Shown here: piece by piece, positions 42,401 through 57,400 of the stretch | Position numbering within the stretch: position 1 is the first letter of the stretch | How the letters are laid out: the number at the start of each line of letters is the position of its first letter | Assembly (NCBI GenBank): GCA_964016885.1 | Contig: OZ024742.1 | Coordinates: 368,776,001 to 368,840,000, forward strand | DNA: 64,000 nt | Direction of reading: 5' to 3' | DNA from: Eledone cirrhosa | Taxonomy: Eukaryota | Notes under the pieces: model-generated | The model's input: the letters and a program-made list of their open reading frames with translations, nothing else | Told to the model about the DNA's origin: nothing | The model's database searches: none | Translations under genes and position numbers: made by a program

Positions 42401-45400
42401 CATTACCATATTTCTAATGAAAGACACTGTCTATGTCATTAACCCTTTCATTACCATATTTCTAATGAAAGACACTGTTTATATCATTAACCCTTTCATT
42501 ACAATATTTCTAATTAAAGACACTGTCTAACCCTTTCATTACCGTATTTCTAATGAAAGACACTGTCTAACCCTTTCATTACAATATTTTTAATGAAAGA
42601 CACTATTTATGTCATTAACCCTTTCATTAGCATATTTCTAATGAAAGACACTGTCTTTGTCATTAACCCTTTCATTACCATATTTCTAATGAAAGACACC
42701 GTCAATGTCATTAACCCTTTCATTACCATATTCTAATGAAAGACACTGTTTATGTCATTAACCCTTTCATTAGCATATTTCTAATGAAAGACACTGTTTA
42801 TGTCATTAACCCTTTCATTAGCATATTTCTAATGAAAGTCTCTGTCTAACCCTTTCATTACCATATTTCTAATGAAAGACACTGTCTATGTCATTAACCC
42901 TTTCATTACCATATTTCTAATGAAAGACACTGTCTATGTCATTAACCCTTTCATTACCATATTTCTAATGAAAGACACTTTATATCATTAACCCTTTCAT
43001 TACAATATTTCTAATGAAAGACACTGTCTAACCTTTTCATTACAATATTTTTAATGAAAGACACTGTCTATGTCATTAACCTTTTCATTACCATATTTCT
43101 AATGAAAGACACTGTCTAACCCTTTCATTACCATATTTCTAATGAAAGACACTGTCTATGTCATTTACCCTTTCATTACCATATTCTAATGAAAGACACT
43201 GTTTATGTCATTAACCCTTTCATTAGCATATTTCTAATGAAAGACACTGTTTATGTCATTAACCCTTTCATTAGCATATTTCTAATGAAAGTCACTGTCT
43301 AACCCTTTCATTACCATATTTCTAATGAAAGACACTGTCTATGTCATTAACCCTTTCATTACCATATTTCTAATGAAAGACACTGTCTATGTCATTAACA
43401 CTTTCATTACCATATTTCAAATGAAAGACACTGTCTATGTCATTAACCCTTTCATTACCATATTTCTAATGAAAGACGCTGTCTATGTCATTAACCCTTT
43501 CATTACTATATTTCTAATGAAAGACACTGTCTATGTCATTAACCCTTTCATTACCATATTTCTAATGAAAGACACTGTCTATGTCATTAACCCTTTCATT
43601 ACCATATTTCTAATGAAAGACACTGTTTAAATCATTAACCCTTTCATTACAATATTTCTAATGAAAGACACTGTCTAACCCTTTCATTACCGTATTTCTA
43701 ATGAAAGACACTGTCTAACCCTTTCGTTACAATATTTTTAATGAAAGACACTGTTTATGTCATTAACCCTTTCATTAGCATATTTCTAATGAAAGACACT
43801 GTCTTTGTGATTAACCCTTTCATTACCATATTTCTAATGAAAGACACTGTTTATATCATTAACCCTTTGATTACCATACTTCTAATGAAAGACACTGTCT
43901 ATGTCATTAACCCTTTGATTACCATATTTCTAATGAAAGACACTATATCATTAACCTTTTCATTGCCATATTTCTAATGAAAGACACTGTCTATGTCATT
44001 AACCCTTTCATTACCATATTTCTAATGAAAGACACTATGTCATTAACACTTTCATTACCATATTTCTAATGAAAGACACTATGTCATTAACCCTTTCATT
44101 ACCATATTTCTAATGAAAGACACTGTTTATGTCATTAACCCTTTCATTACCATATTTCTAATGAAAGACACTGTCTATATTAACCCTTTCATTACCATAT
44201 TTCTAATGAAGGACACTGTTTATGTCATTAACCCTTTCATTACCATATTTCTAATGAAAGACACTGTCTATATTAACCCTTTCATTACCATATTTCTAAT
44301 GAAAGACACTGTTTATGTCATTAACCCTTTCATTAGCATATTTCTAATGAAATACACTGTCTATGTCATTAACCCTTTCAGTAGCATATTTCTAATGAAA
44401 GACACTGTCTATGTCATTAATTACCATATTTCTAATGAAAGACACTGTTTATATCATTAAGCCTTACATTACCATATTTCTAATGAAAGACACTGTCTAT
44501 GTCATTAACCCTTTCATTACCATATTCTAATGAAAGACACTGTTTATGTCATTAACCCTTTCATTAGCATATTTCTAATGAAAGACACTGTTTATGTCAT
44601 TAACCCTTTCATTAGCATATTTCTAATGAAAGACACTGTCTAACCCTTTCATTACCATATTTCTAATGAAAGACACTGTCTATGTCATTAACCCTTTCAT
44701 TACCATATTTCTAATGAAAGACACTGTCTATCTCATTAACCCTTTCATTACCATAATTCTAATGAAAGACACTGTCTATGTCATTAACCCTTTCATTACC
44801 ATATTCTAATGAAAGACACTGTTTATGTCATTAACCCTTTCATTAGCATATTTCTAATGAAAGACACTGTCTAACCCTTTCATTACCATATTTCTAATGA
44901 AAGACACTGTTTATGTCATTAACCCTTTCATTAGCATATTTCTAATGAAAGACACTGTCTAACCCTTTCATTACCATATTTCTAATGAAAGACACTGTCT
45001 ATGTCATTAACCCTTTCATTACCATATTCTAATAAAAACACTGTTTATGTCATTAACCCTTTCATTAGCATATTTCTAATGAAAGACACTGTTTATGTCA
45101 TTAACCCTTTCATTACCATATTTCTAATGAAAGACACTGTCTATATTAACCCTTTCATTACCATATTTCTAATGAAAGACACTGTCTATATTAACCCTTT
45201 CATTACCATATTTCTAATGAAAGACACTCTTTATGTCATTAACCCTTTCATTACCATATTTCAAATGAAAGACACTGACTATATCATTAACCCTTTCATT
45301 ACCATATTTCTAATGAAAGACACTGTCTAACCCTTTCATTACAATATTTCTAATGAAAGACACTGTCTAACCCTTTCATTACCATATTTCTAATGAAAGA

Positions 45401-48400
45401 CACTGTTTATGTCATTAACCCTTTCATTAGCATATTTCTAATGAAATACACTGTCTATGTCATTAACCCTTTCATTACCATATTTCTAATGAAAGACACT
45501 GTCTATATCATTAACCCTTTCATTACCATATTTCTAATGAAAGACACTGTTTATATCATTAACCCTTACATTACCATATTTCTAATGAAAGACACTGTCT
45601 ATGTCATTAACCCTTTCATTACCATATTCTAATGAAAGACACTGTTTATGTCATTAACCCCTTCATTAGCATATTTCTAATGAAAGACACTGTTTATGTC
45701 ATTAACCCTTTCATTAGCATATTTCTAATGAAAGACACTGTCTAACCCTTTCATTACCATATTTCTAATGAAAGACACTGTCTATGTCATTAACCCTTTC
45801 ATTACCATATTTCTAATGAAAGACACTGTCTATCTCATTAACCCTTTCATTACCATATTTCTAATGAAAGACACTGTCTATGTCATTAACCTTTTCATTA
45901 CCATATTTCGAATGAAAGACACTGTCTATGTCATTAACCCTTTCATTACCATATTTCTAATGAAAGACACTATGTCATTAACCCTTTCATTACCATATCT
46001 CTAATGAAAGACACTGTTTATGTCATTAACCCTTTCATTACCATATTTCTAATGAAAGACACTGTTTATGTCATTAACCCTTTCATTACCATATTTCTAA
46101 TGAAAGACACTGTTTATGTCATTAACCCTTTCATTACCATATTTCTAATGAAAGACACTGTTTATGTCATTAACCTTTTCATTACCATATTTCTAATGAA
46201 AGACACTGTCTATATTAACCCTTTCATTACCATATTTCTAATGAAAGACACTGTCTATGTCATTAACCCTTTCATTACCATATTTCTAATGAAAGACACT
46301 GTTTAAATCATTAACCCTTTCATTACAATATTTCTAATGAAAGACACTGTCTAACCCTTTCATTACCGTATTTCTAATGAAAGACACTGTCTAACCCTTT
46401 CGTTACAATATTTTTAATGAAAGACACTGTTTATGTCATTAACCCTTTCATTAGCATATTTCTAATGAAAGACACTGTCTTTGTGATTAACCCTTTCATT
46501 ACCATATTTCTAATGAAAGACACTGTTTATATCATTAACCCTTTGATTACCATACTTCTAATGAAAGACACTGTCTATGTCATTAACCCTTTGATTACCA
46601 TATTTCTAATGAAAGACACTATATCATTAACCCTTTCATTGCCATATTTCTAATGAAAGACACTGTCTATGTCATTAACCCTTTCATTACCATATTTCTA
46701 ATGAAAGACACTATGTCATTAACACTTTCATTACCATATTTCTAATGAAAGACACTATGTCATTAACCCTTTCATTACCATATTTCTAATGAAAGACACT
46801 GTTTATGTCATTAACCCTTTCATTACCATATTTCTAATGAAAGACACTGTCTATATTAACCCTTTCATTACCATATTTCTAATGAAAGACACTGTTTATG
46901 TCATTAACCCTTTCATTAGCATATTTCTAATGAAATACACTGTCTATGTCATTAACCCTTTCATTAGCATATTTCTAATGAAAGACACTGTCTATGTCAT
47001 TAATTACCATATTTCTAATGAAAGACACTGTTTATATCATTAAGCCTTACATTACCATATTTCTAATGAAAGACACTGTCTATGTCATTAACCCTTTCAT
47101 TACCATATTCTAATGAAAGACACTGTTTATGTCATTAACCCTTTCATTAGCATATTTCTAATGAAAGACACTGTTTATGTCATTAACCCTTTCATTAGCA
47201 TATTTCTAATGAAAGACACTGTCTAACCCTTTCATTACCATATTTCTAATGAAAGACACTGTCTATGTCATTAACCCTTTCATTACCATATTTCTAATGA
47301 AAGACACTGTCTATCTCATTAACCCTTTCATTACCATAATTCTAATGAAAGACACTGTCTATGTCATTAACCCTTTCATTACCATATTCTAATGAAAGAC
47401 ACTGTTTATGTCATTAACCCTTTCATTAGCATATTTCTAATGAAAGACACTGTCTAACCCTTTCATTACCATATTTCTAATGAAAGACACTGTTTATGTC
47501 ATTAACCCTTTCATTAGCATATTTCTAATGAAAGACACTGTCTAACCCTTTCATTACCATATTTCTAATGAAAGACACTGTCTATGTCATTAACCCTTTC
47601 ATTACCATATTCTAATAAAAGACACTGTTTGTCATTAACCCTTTCATTAGCATATTTCTAATGAAAGACACTGTTTATGTCATTAACCCTTTCATTACCA
47701 TATTTCTAATGAAAGACACTGTCTATATTAACCCTTTCATTACCATATTTCTAATGAAAGACACTGTCTATATTAACCCTTTCATTACCATATTTCTAAT
47801 GAAAGACACTCTTTATGTCATTAACCCTTTCATTACCATATTTCAAATGAAAGACACTGACTATATCATTAACCCTTTCATTACCATATTTCTAATGAAA
47901 GACACTGTCTAACCCTTTCATTACAATATTTCTAATGAAAGACACTGTCTAACCCTTTCATCACCATATTTCTAATGAAAGACACTGTTTATGTCATTAA
48001 CCCTTTCATTAGCATATTTCTAATGAAATACACTGTCTATGTCATTAACCCTTTCATTACCATATTTCTAATGAAAGACACTGTCTATATCATTAACCCT
48101 TTCATTACCATATTTCTAATGAAAGACACTGTTTATATCATTAACCCTTACATTACCATATTTCTAATGAAAGACACTGTCTATGTCATTAACCCTTTCA
48201 TTACCATATTCTAATGAAAGACACTGTTTATGTCATTAACCCTTTCATTAGCATATTTCTAATGAAAGACACTGTTTATGTCATTAACCCTTTCATTAGC
48301 ATATTTCTAATGAAAGACACTGTCTAACCCTTTCATTACCATATTTCTAATGAAAGACACTGTCTATGTCATTAACCCTTTCATTACCATATTTCTAATG

Positions 48401-51400
48401 AAAGACACTGTCTATCTCATTAACCCTTTCATTACCATATTTCTAATGAAAGACACTGTCTATGTCATTAACCTTTTCATTACCATATTTCGAATGAAAG
48501 ACACTGTCTATGTCATTAACCCTTTCATTACCATATTTCTAATGAAAGACACTATGTCATTAACCCTTTCATTACCATATCTCTAATGAAAGACACTGTT
48601 TATGTCATTAACCCTTTCATTACCATATTTCTAATGAAAGACACTGTTTATGTCATTAACCCTTTCATTACCATATTTCTAATGAAAGACACTGTTTATG
48701 TCATTAACCCTTTCATTACCATATTTCTAATGAAAGACACTGTTTATGTCATTAACCTTTTCATTACCATATTTCTAATGAAAGACACTGTCTATATTAA
48801 CCCTTTCATTACCATATTTCTAATGAAAGACACTGTCTATGTCATTAACCCTTTCATTACCATATTTCTAATGAAAGACACTATATCATTAACCCTTTCA
48901 TTGCCATATTTCTAATGAAAGACACTGTTTATGTCATTAACTCTTTCATTACCATATTTCTAATGAAAGACACTGTTTATGTCATTAACCCTTTCATTAC
49001 CATATTTCTAATGAAAGACACTGTCTATATTAACCCTTTCATTACCATATTTCTAATGAAAGACACTGTCTAACCCTTTCATTACCACATTTCTAATGAA
49101 AGACACTCTCTATGTCATTAACCTTTTCATTACCATATTTCTAATGAAAGACTATGTTTATATCATTAACCCTTTCATTACCATATTTCTAATGAAAGAC
49201 ACTGTCTATGTCATTAACCCTTTCATTACCATATTCTGATGAAAGACACTGTTTATGTCATTAACCCTTTCATTAGCATATTTCTAATGAAAGACACTGT
49301 TTATGTCATTAACCCTTTCATTAGCATATTTCTAATGAAAGTCACTATCTAACCCTTTCATTACCATATTTCTAATGAAAGACACTGTCTATGTCATTAA
49401 CCCTTTCATTACCATATTTCTAATGAAAGACACTGTCTATGTCATTAACCCTTTCATTACCATATTTCAAATGAAAGACACTGTCTATGTCATTAACCCT
49501 TTCATTACTATATTTCGAATGAAAGACGCTGTCTATGTCATTAACCCTTTCATTACTATATTTCTAATGAAAGACAGTCTATGTCATTAACCCTTTCATT
49601 ACCATATTTCTAATGAAAGACACTGTCTATGTCATTAACCCTTTCATTACCATATTTCTAATGAAAGACACTGTTTATATCATTAACCCTTTCATTACAA
49701 TATTTCTAATTAAAGACACTGTCTAACCCTTTCATTACCGTATTTCTAATGAAAGACACTGTCTAACCCTTTCATTACAATATTTTTAATGAAAGACACT
49801 ATTTATGTCATTAACCCTTTCATTAGCATATTTCTAATGAAAGACACTGTCTTTGTGATTAACCCTTTCATTACCATATTTCTAATGAAAGACACCGTCA
49901 ATGTCATTAACCCTTTCATTACCATATTTCTAATGAAAGACACTGTTTATATCATTAACCCTTTGATTACCATATTTCTAATGAAAGACACTGTCTATGT
50001 CATTAACCCTTTGATTACCATATTTCTAATGAAAGACACTATATCATTAACCCTTTCATTGCCATATTTCTAATGAAAGACACTGTCTATGTCATTAACC
50101 CTTTCATTACCATATTTCTAATGAAAGACACTATGTCATTAACACTTTCATTACCATATTTCTAATGAAAGACACTATGTCATTAACCCTTTCATTACCA
50201 TATTTCTAATGAAAGACACTGTTTATGTCATTAACCCTTTCATTACCATATTTCTAATGAAAGACACTGTCTATATTAACCCTTTCATTACCATATTTCT
50301 AATGAAAGACACTGTTTATGTCATTAACCCTTTCATTAGCATATTTCTAATGAAAGACACTGTCTAACCCTTTCATTACCATATTTCTAATGAAAGACAC
50401 TGTCTATGTCATTAACCCTTTCATTACCATATTTCTAATGAAAGACACTGTCTATCTCATTAACCCTTTCATTACCATAATTCTAATGAAAGACACTGTC
50501 TATGTCATTAACCCTTTCATTACCATATTCTAATGAAAGACACTGTTTATGTCATTAACCCTTTCATTAGCATATTTCTAATGAAAGCCACTGTTTATGT
50601 CATTAACCCCTTCATTAGCATATTTCTAATGAAAGACACTGTCTAACCCTTTCATTACCATATTTCTAATGAAAGACACTGTCTATGTCATTAACCCTTT
50701 CATTACCATATTCTAATGAAAGACACTGTTTATGTCATTAACCCTTTCATTAGCATATTTCTAATGAAAGACACTGTTTATGTCATTAACCCTTTCATTA
50801 GCATATTTCTAATGAAAGACACTGTCTAACCCTTTCATTACCATATTTCTAATGAAAGACACTGTGTATGTCATTAACCCTTTCATTACCATATTTCTAA
50901 TCAAAGACACTGTCTACGTCATTAACCCTTTCATTACCATATTTCGAATGAAAGACACTGTCTATGTCATTAACCTTTTCATTACCATATTTCGAATGAA
51001 AGACACTGTCTATGTCATTAACCCTTTCATTACCATATTTCTAATGAAAGACACTGTTTATGTCATTAACCCTTTCATTACCATATTTCTAATGAAAGAC
51101 ACTGTTTATGTCATTAACCCTTTCATTACCATATTTCTAATGAAAGACACTGTCTATCTCATTAACCCTTTCATTACCATATTTCTAATGAAAGACATTG
51201 TCTACGTCATTAACCCTTTCATTACCATATTTCGAATGAAAGACACTGTTTATGTCATTAACCCTTTCATTACCATATTTCTAATGAAAGACACTGTTTA
51301 TGTCATTAACCCTTTCATTACCATATTTCTAATGAAAGACACTGTTTATGTCATTAACCCTTTCATTAGCATATTTCTAATGAAAGACACTGTTTATGTC

Positions 51401-54400
51401 ATTAACCCTTTCATTAGCATATTTCTAATGAAAGTCTCTGTCTAACCCTTTCATTACCATATTTCTAATGAAAGACACTGTCTATGTCATTAACCCTTTC
51501 ATTACCATATTTCTAATGAAAGACACTGTCTATGTCATTAACCCTTTCATTACCATATTTCTAATGAAAGACACTTTATATCATTAACCCTTTCATTACA
51601 ATATTTCTAATGAAAGACACTGTCTAACCTTTTCATTACAATATTTTTAATGAAAGACACTGTCTATGTCATTAACCTTTTAATTACCATATTTCTAATG
51701 AAAGACACTGTCTAACCCTTTCATTACCATATTTCTAATGAAAGACACTGTCTATGTCATTTACCCTTTCATTACCATATTCTAATGAAAGACACTGTTT
51801 ATGTCATTAACCCTTTCATTAGCATATTTCTAATGAAAGACACTGTTTATGTCATTAACCCTTTCATTAGCATATTTCTAATGAAAGTCACTGTCTAACC
51901 CTTTCATTACCATATTTCTAATGAAAGACACTGTCTATGTCATTAACCCTTTCATTACCATATTTCTAATGAAAGACACTGTCTATGTCATTAACACTTT
52001 CATTACCATATTTCAAATGAAAGACACTGTCTATGTCATTAACCCTTTCATTACCATATTTCTAATGAAAGACACTGTTTAAATCATTAACCCTTTCATT
52101 ACAATATTTCTAATGAAAGACACTGTCTAACCCTTTCATTACCGTATTTCTAATGAAAGACACTGTCTAACCCTTTCGTTACAATATTTTTAATGAAAGA
52201 CACTGTTTATGTCATTAACCCTTTCATTAGCATATTTCTAATGAAAGACACTGTCTTTGTGATTAACCCTTTCATTACCATATTTCTAATGAAAGACACT
52301 GTTTATATCATTAACCCTTTGATTACCATATTTCTAATGAAAGACACTGTCTATGTCATTAACCCTTTGATTACCATATTTCTAATGAAAGACACTATAT
52401 CATTAACCCTTTCATTGCCATATTTCTAATGAAAGACACTGTCTATGTCATTAACCCTTTCATTACCATATTTCTAATGAAAGACACTATGTCATTAACA
52501 CTTTCATTACCATATTTCTAATGAAAGACACTATGTCATTAACCCTTTCATTACCATATTTCTAATGAAAGACACTGTTTATGTCATTAACCCTTTCATT
52601 ACCATATTTCTAATGAAAGACACTGTCTATATTAACCCTTTCATTACCATATTTCTAATGAAAGACACTGTTTATGTCATTAACCCTTTCATTACCATAT
52701 TTCTAATGAAAGACACTGTCTATATTAACCCTTTCATTACCATATTTCTAATGAAAGACACTGTTTATGTCATTAACCCTTTCATTAGCATATTTCTAAT
52801 GAAATACACTGTCTATGTCATTAACCCTTTCATTACCATATTTCTAATGAAAGACACTGTCTATGTCATTAACCCTTTCATTACCATATTCTAATGAAAG
52901 ACACTGTTTATGTCATTAACCCTTTCATTAGCATATTTCTAATGAAAGACACTGTTTATGTCATTAACCCTTTCATTAGCATATTTCTAATGAAAGACAC
53001 TGTCTAACCCTTTCATTACCATATTTCTAATGAAAGACACTGTCTATGTCATTAACCCTTTCATTACCATATTTCTAATGAAAGACACTGTCTATCTCAT
53101 TAACCCTTTCATTACCATAATTCTAATGAAAGACACTGTCTATGTCATTAACCCTTTCATTACCATATTCTAATGAAAGACACTGTTTATGTCATTAACC
53201 CTTTCATTAGCATATTTCTAATGAAAGACACTGTTTATGTCATTAACCCCTTCATTACCATATTTCTAATGAAAGACACTGTCTAACCCTTTCATTACCA
53301 TATTTCTAATGAAAGACACTGTCTATGTCATTAACCCTTTCATTACCATATTCTAATGAAAGACACTGTTTATGTCATTAACCCTTTCATTAGCATATTT
53401 CTAATGAAAGACACTGTTTATGTCATTAACCCTTTCATTAGCATATTTCTAATGAAAGACACTGTCTAACCCTTTCATTACCATATTTCTAATGAAAGAC
53501 ACTGTGTATGTCATTAACCCTTTCATTACCATATTTCTAATCAAAGACACTGTCTACGTCATTAACCCTTTCATTACCATATTTCGAATGAAAGACACTG
53601 TCTATGTCATTAACCTTTTCATTACCATATTTCGAATGAAAGACACTGTCTATGTCATTAACCCTTTCATTACCATATTTCTAATGAAAGACACTGTTTA
53701 TGTCATTAACCCTTTCATTACCATATCTCTAATGAAAGACACTGTTTATGTCATTAACCCTTTCATTACCATATTTCTAATGAAAGACACTGTCTATCTC
53801 ATTAACCCTTTCATTACCATATTTCTAATGAAAGACATTGTCTACGTCATTAACCCTTTCATTACCATATTTCGAATGAAAGACACTGTTTATGTCATTA
53901 ACCCTTTCATTACCATATTTCTAATGAAAGACACTGTTTATGTCATTAACCCTTTCATTACCATATTTCTAATGAAAGACACTGTTTATGTCATTAACCC
54001 TTTCATTAGCATATTTCTAATGAAAGACACTGTTTATGTCATTAACCCTTTCATTAGCATATTTCTAATGAAAGTCTCTGTCTAACCCTTTCATTACCAT
54101 ATTTCTAATGAAAGACACTGTCTATGTCATTAACCCTTTCATTACCATATTTCTAATGAAAGACACTGTCTATGTCATTAACCCTTTCATTACCATATTT
54201 CTAATGAAAGACACTTTATATCATTAACCCTTTCATTACAATATTTCTAATGAAAGACACTGTCTAACCTTTTCATTACAATATTTTTAATGAAAGACAC
54301 TGTCTAACCCTTTCATTACCATATTTCTAATGAAAGACACTGTCTATGTCATTTACCCTTTCATTACCATATTCTAATGAAAGACACTGTTTATGTCATT

Positions 54401-57400
54401 AACCCTTTCATTAGCATATTTCTAATGAAAGACACTGTTTATGTCATTAACCCTTTCATTAGCATATTTCTAATGAAAGTCACTGTCTAACCCTTTCATT
54501 ACCATATTTCTAATGAAAGACACTGTCTATGTCATTAACCCTTTCATTACCATATTTCTAATGAAAGACACTGTCTATGTCATTAACACTTTCATTACCA
54601 TATTTCAAATGAAAGACACTGTCTATGTCATTAACCCTTTCATTACCATATTTCTAATAAAAGACGCTGTCTATGTCATTAACCCTTTCATTACTATATT
54701 TCTAATGAAAGACACTGTCTATGTCATTAACCCTTTCATTACCATATTTCTAATGAAAGACACTGTCTATGTCATTAACCCTTTCATTACCATATTTCTA
54801 ATGAAAGACACTGTTTAAATCATTAACCCTTTCATTACAATATTTCTAATGAAAGACACTGTCTAACCCTTTCATTACCGTATTTCTAATGAAAGACACT
54901 GTCTAACCCTTTCGTTACAATATTTTTAATGAAAGACACTGTTTATGTCATTAACCCTTTCATTAGCATATTTCTAATGAAAGACACTGTCTTTGTGATT
55001 AACCCTTTCATTACCATATTTCTAATGAAAGACACTGTTTATATCATTAACCCTTTGATTACCATATTTCTAATGAAAGACACTGTCTATGTCATTAACC
55101 CTTTGATTACCATATTTCTAATGAAAGACACTATATCATTAACCCTTTCATTGCCATATTTCTAATGAAAGACACTGTCTATGTCATTAACCCTTTCATT
55201 ACCATATTTCTAATGAAAGACACTATGTCATTAACACTTTCATTACCATATTTCTAATGAAAGACACTATGTCATTAACCCTTTCATTACCATATTTCTA
55301 ATGAAAGACACTGTTTATGTCATTAACCCTTTCATTACCATATTTCTAATGAAAGACACTGTCTATATTAACCCTTTCATTACCATATTTCTAATGAAGG
55401 ACACTGTTTATGTCATTAACCCTTTCATTACCATATTTCTAATGAAAGACACTGTCTATATTAACCCTTTCATTACCATATTTCTAATGAAAGACACTGT
55501 TTATGTCATTAACCCTTTCATTAGCATATTTCTAATGAAATACACTGTCTATGTCATTAACCCTTTCATTAGCATATTTCTAATGAAAGACACTGTCTAT
55601 GTCATTAATTACCATATTTCTAATGAAAGACACTGTTTATATCATTAAGCCTTACATTACCATATTTCTAATGAAAGACACTGTCTATGTCATTAACCCT
55701 TTCATTACCATATTCTAATGAAAGACACTGTTTATGTCATTAACCCTTTCATTAGCATATTTCTAATGAAAGACACTGTTTATGTCATTAACCCTTTCAT
55801 TAGCATATTTCTAATGAAAGACACTGTCTAACCCTTTCATTACCATATTTCTAATGAAAGACACTGTCTATGTCATTAACCCTTTCATTACCATATTTCT
55901 AATGAAAGACACTGTCTATCTCATTAACCCTTTCATTACCATAATTCTAATGAAAGACACTGTCTATGTCATTAACCCTTTCATTACCATATTCTAATGA
56001 AAGACACTGTTTATGTCATTAACCCTTTCATTAGCATATTTCTAATGAAAGACACTGTCTAACCCTTTCATTACCATATTTCTAATGAAAGACACTGTTT
56101 ATGTCATTAACCCTTTCATTAGCATATTTCTAATGAAAGACACTGTCTAACCCTTTCATTACCATATTTCTAATGAAAGACACTGTCTATGTCATTAACC
56201 CTTTCATTACCATATTCTAATAAAAGACACTGTTTATGTCATTAACCCTTTCATTAGCATATTTCTAATGAAAGACACTGTTTATGTCATTAACCCTTTC
56301 ATTACCATATTTCTAATGAAAGACACTGTCTATATTAACCCTTTCATTACCATATTTCTAATGAAAGACACTGTCTATATTAACCCTTTCATTACCATAT
56401 TTCTAATGAAAGACACTGTTTATGTCATTAACCCTTTCATTACCATATTTCAAATGAAAGACACTGACTATATCATTAACCCTTTCATTAACATATTTCT
56501 AATGAAAGACACTGTCTAACCCTTTCATTACAATATTTCTAATGAAAGACACTGTCTAACCCTTTCATTACCATATTTCTAATGAAAGACACTGTTTATG
56601 TCATTAACCCTTTCATTAGCATATTTCTAATGAAATACACTGTCTATGTCATTAACCCTTTCATTACCATATTTCTAATGAAAGACACTGTCTATATCAT
56701 TAACCCTTTCATTACCATATTTCTAATGAAAGACACTGTTTATATCATTAACCCTTACATTACCATATTTCTAATGAAAGACACTGTCTATGTCATTAAC
56801 CCTTTCATTACCATATTCTAATGAAAGACACTGTTTATGTCATTAACCCTTTCATTAGCATATTTCTAATGAAAGACACTGTTTATGTCATTAACCCTTT
56901 CATTAGCATATTTCTAATGAAAGACACTGTCTAACCCTTTCATTACCATATTTCTAATGAAAGACACTGTCTATGTCATTAACCCTTTCATTACCATATT
57001 TCTAATGAAAGACACTGTCTATCTCATTAACCCTTTCATTACCATATTTCTAATGAAAGACACTGTCTATGTCATTAACCTTTTCATTACCATATTTCGA
57101 ATGAAAGACACTGTCTATGTCATTAACCCTTTCATTACCATATTTCTAATGAAAGACACTATGTCATTAACCCTTTCATTACCATATCTCTAATGAAAGA
57201 CACTGTTTATGTCATTAACCCTTTCATTACCATATTTCTAATGAAAGACGCTGTTTATGTCATTAACCCTTTCATTACCATATTTCTAATGAAAGACACT
57301 GTTTATGTCATTAACCTTTTCATTACCATATTTCTAATGAAAGACACTGTCTATGTCATTAACCCTTTCATTACCATATTTCTAATGAAAGACACTATAT

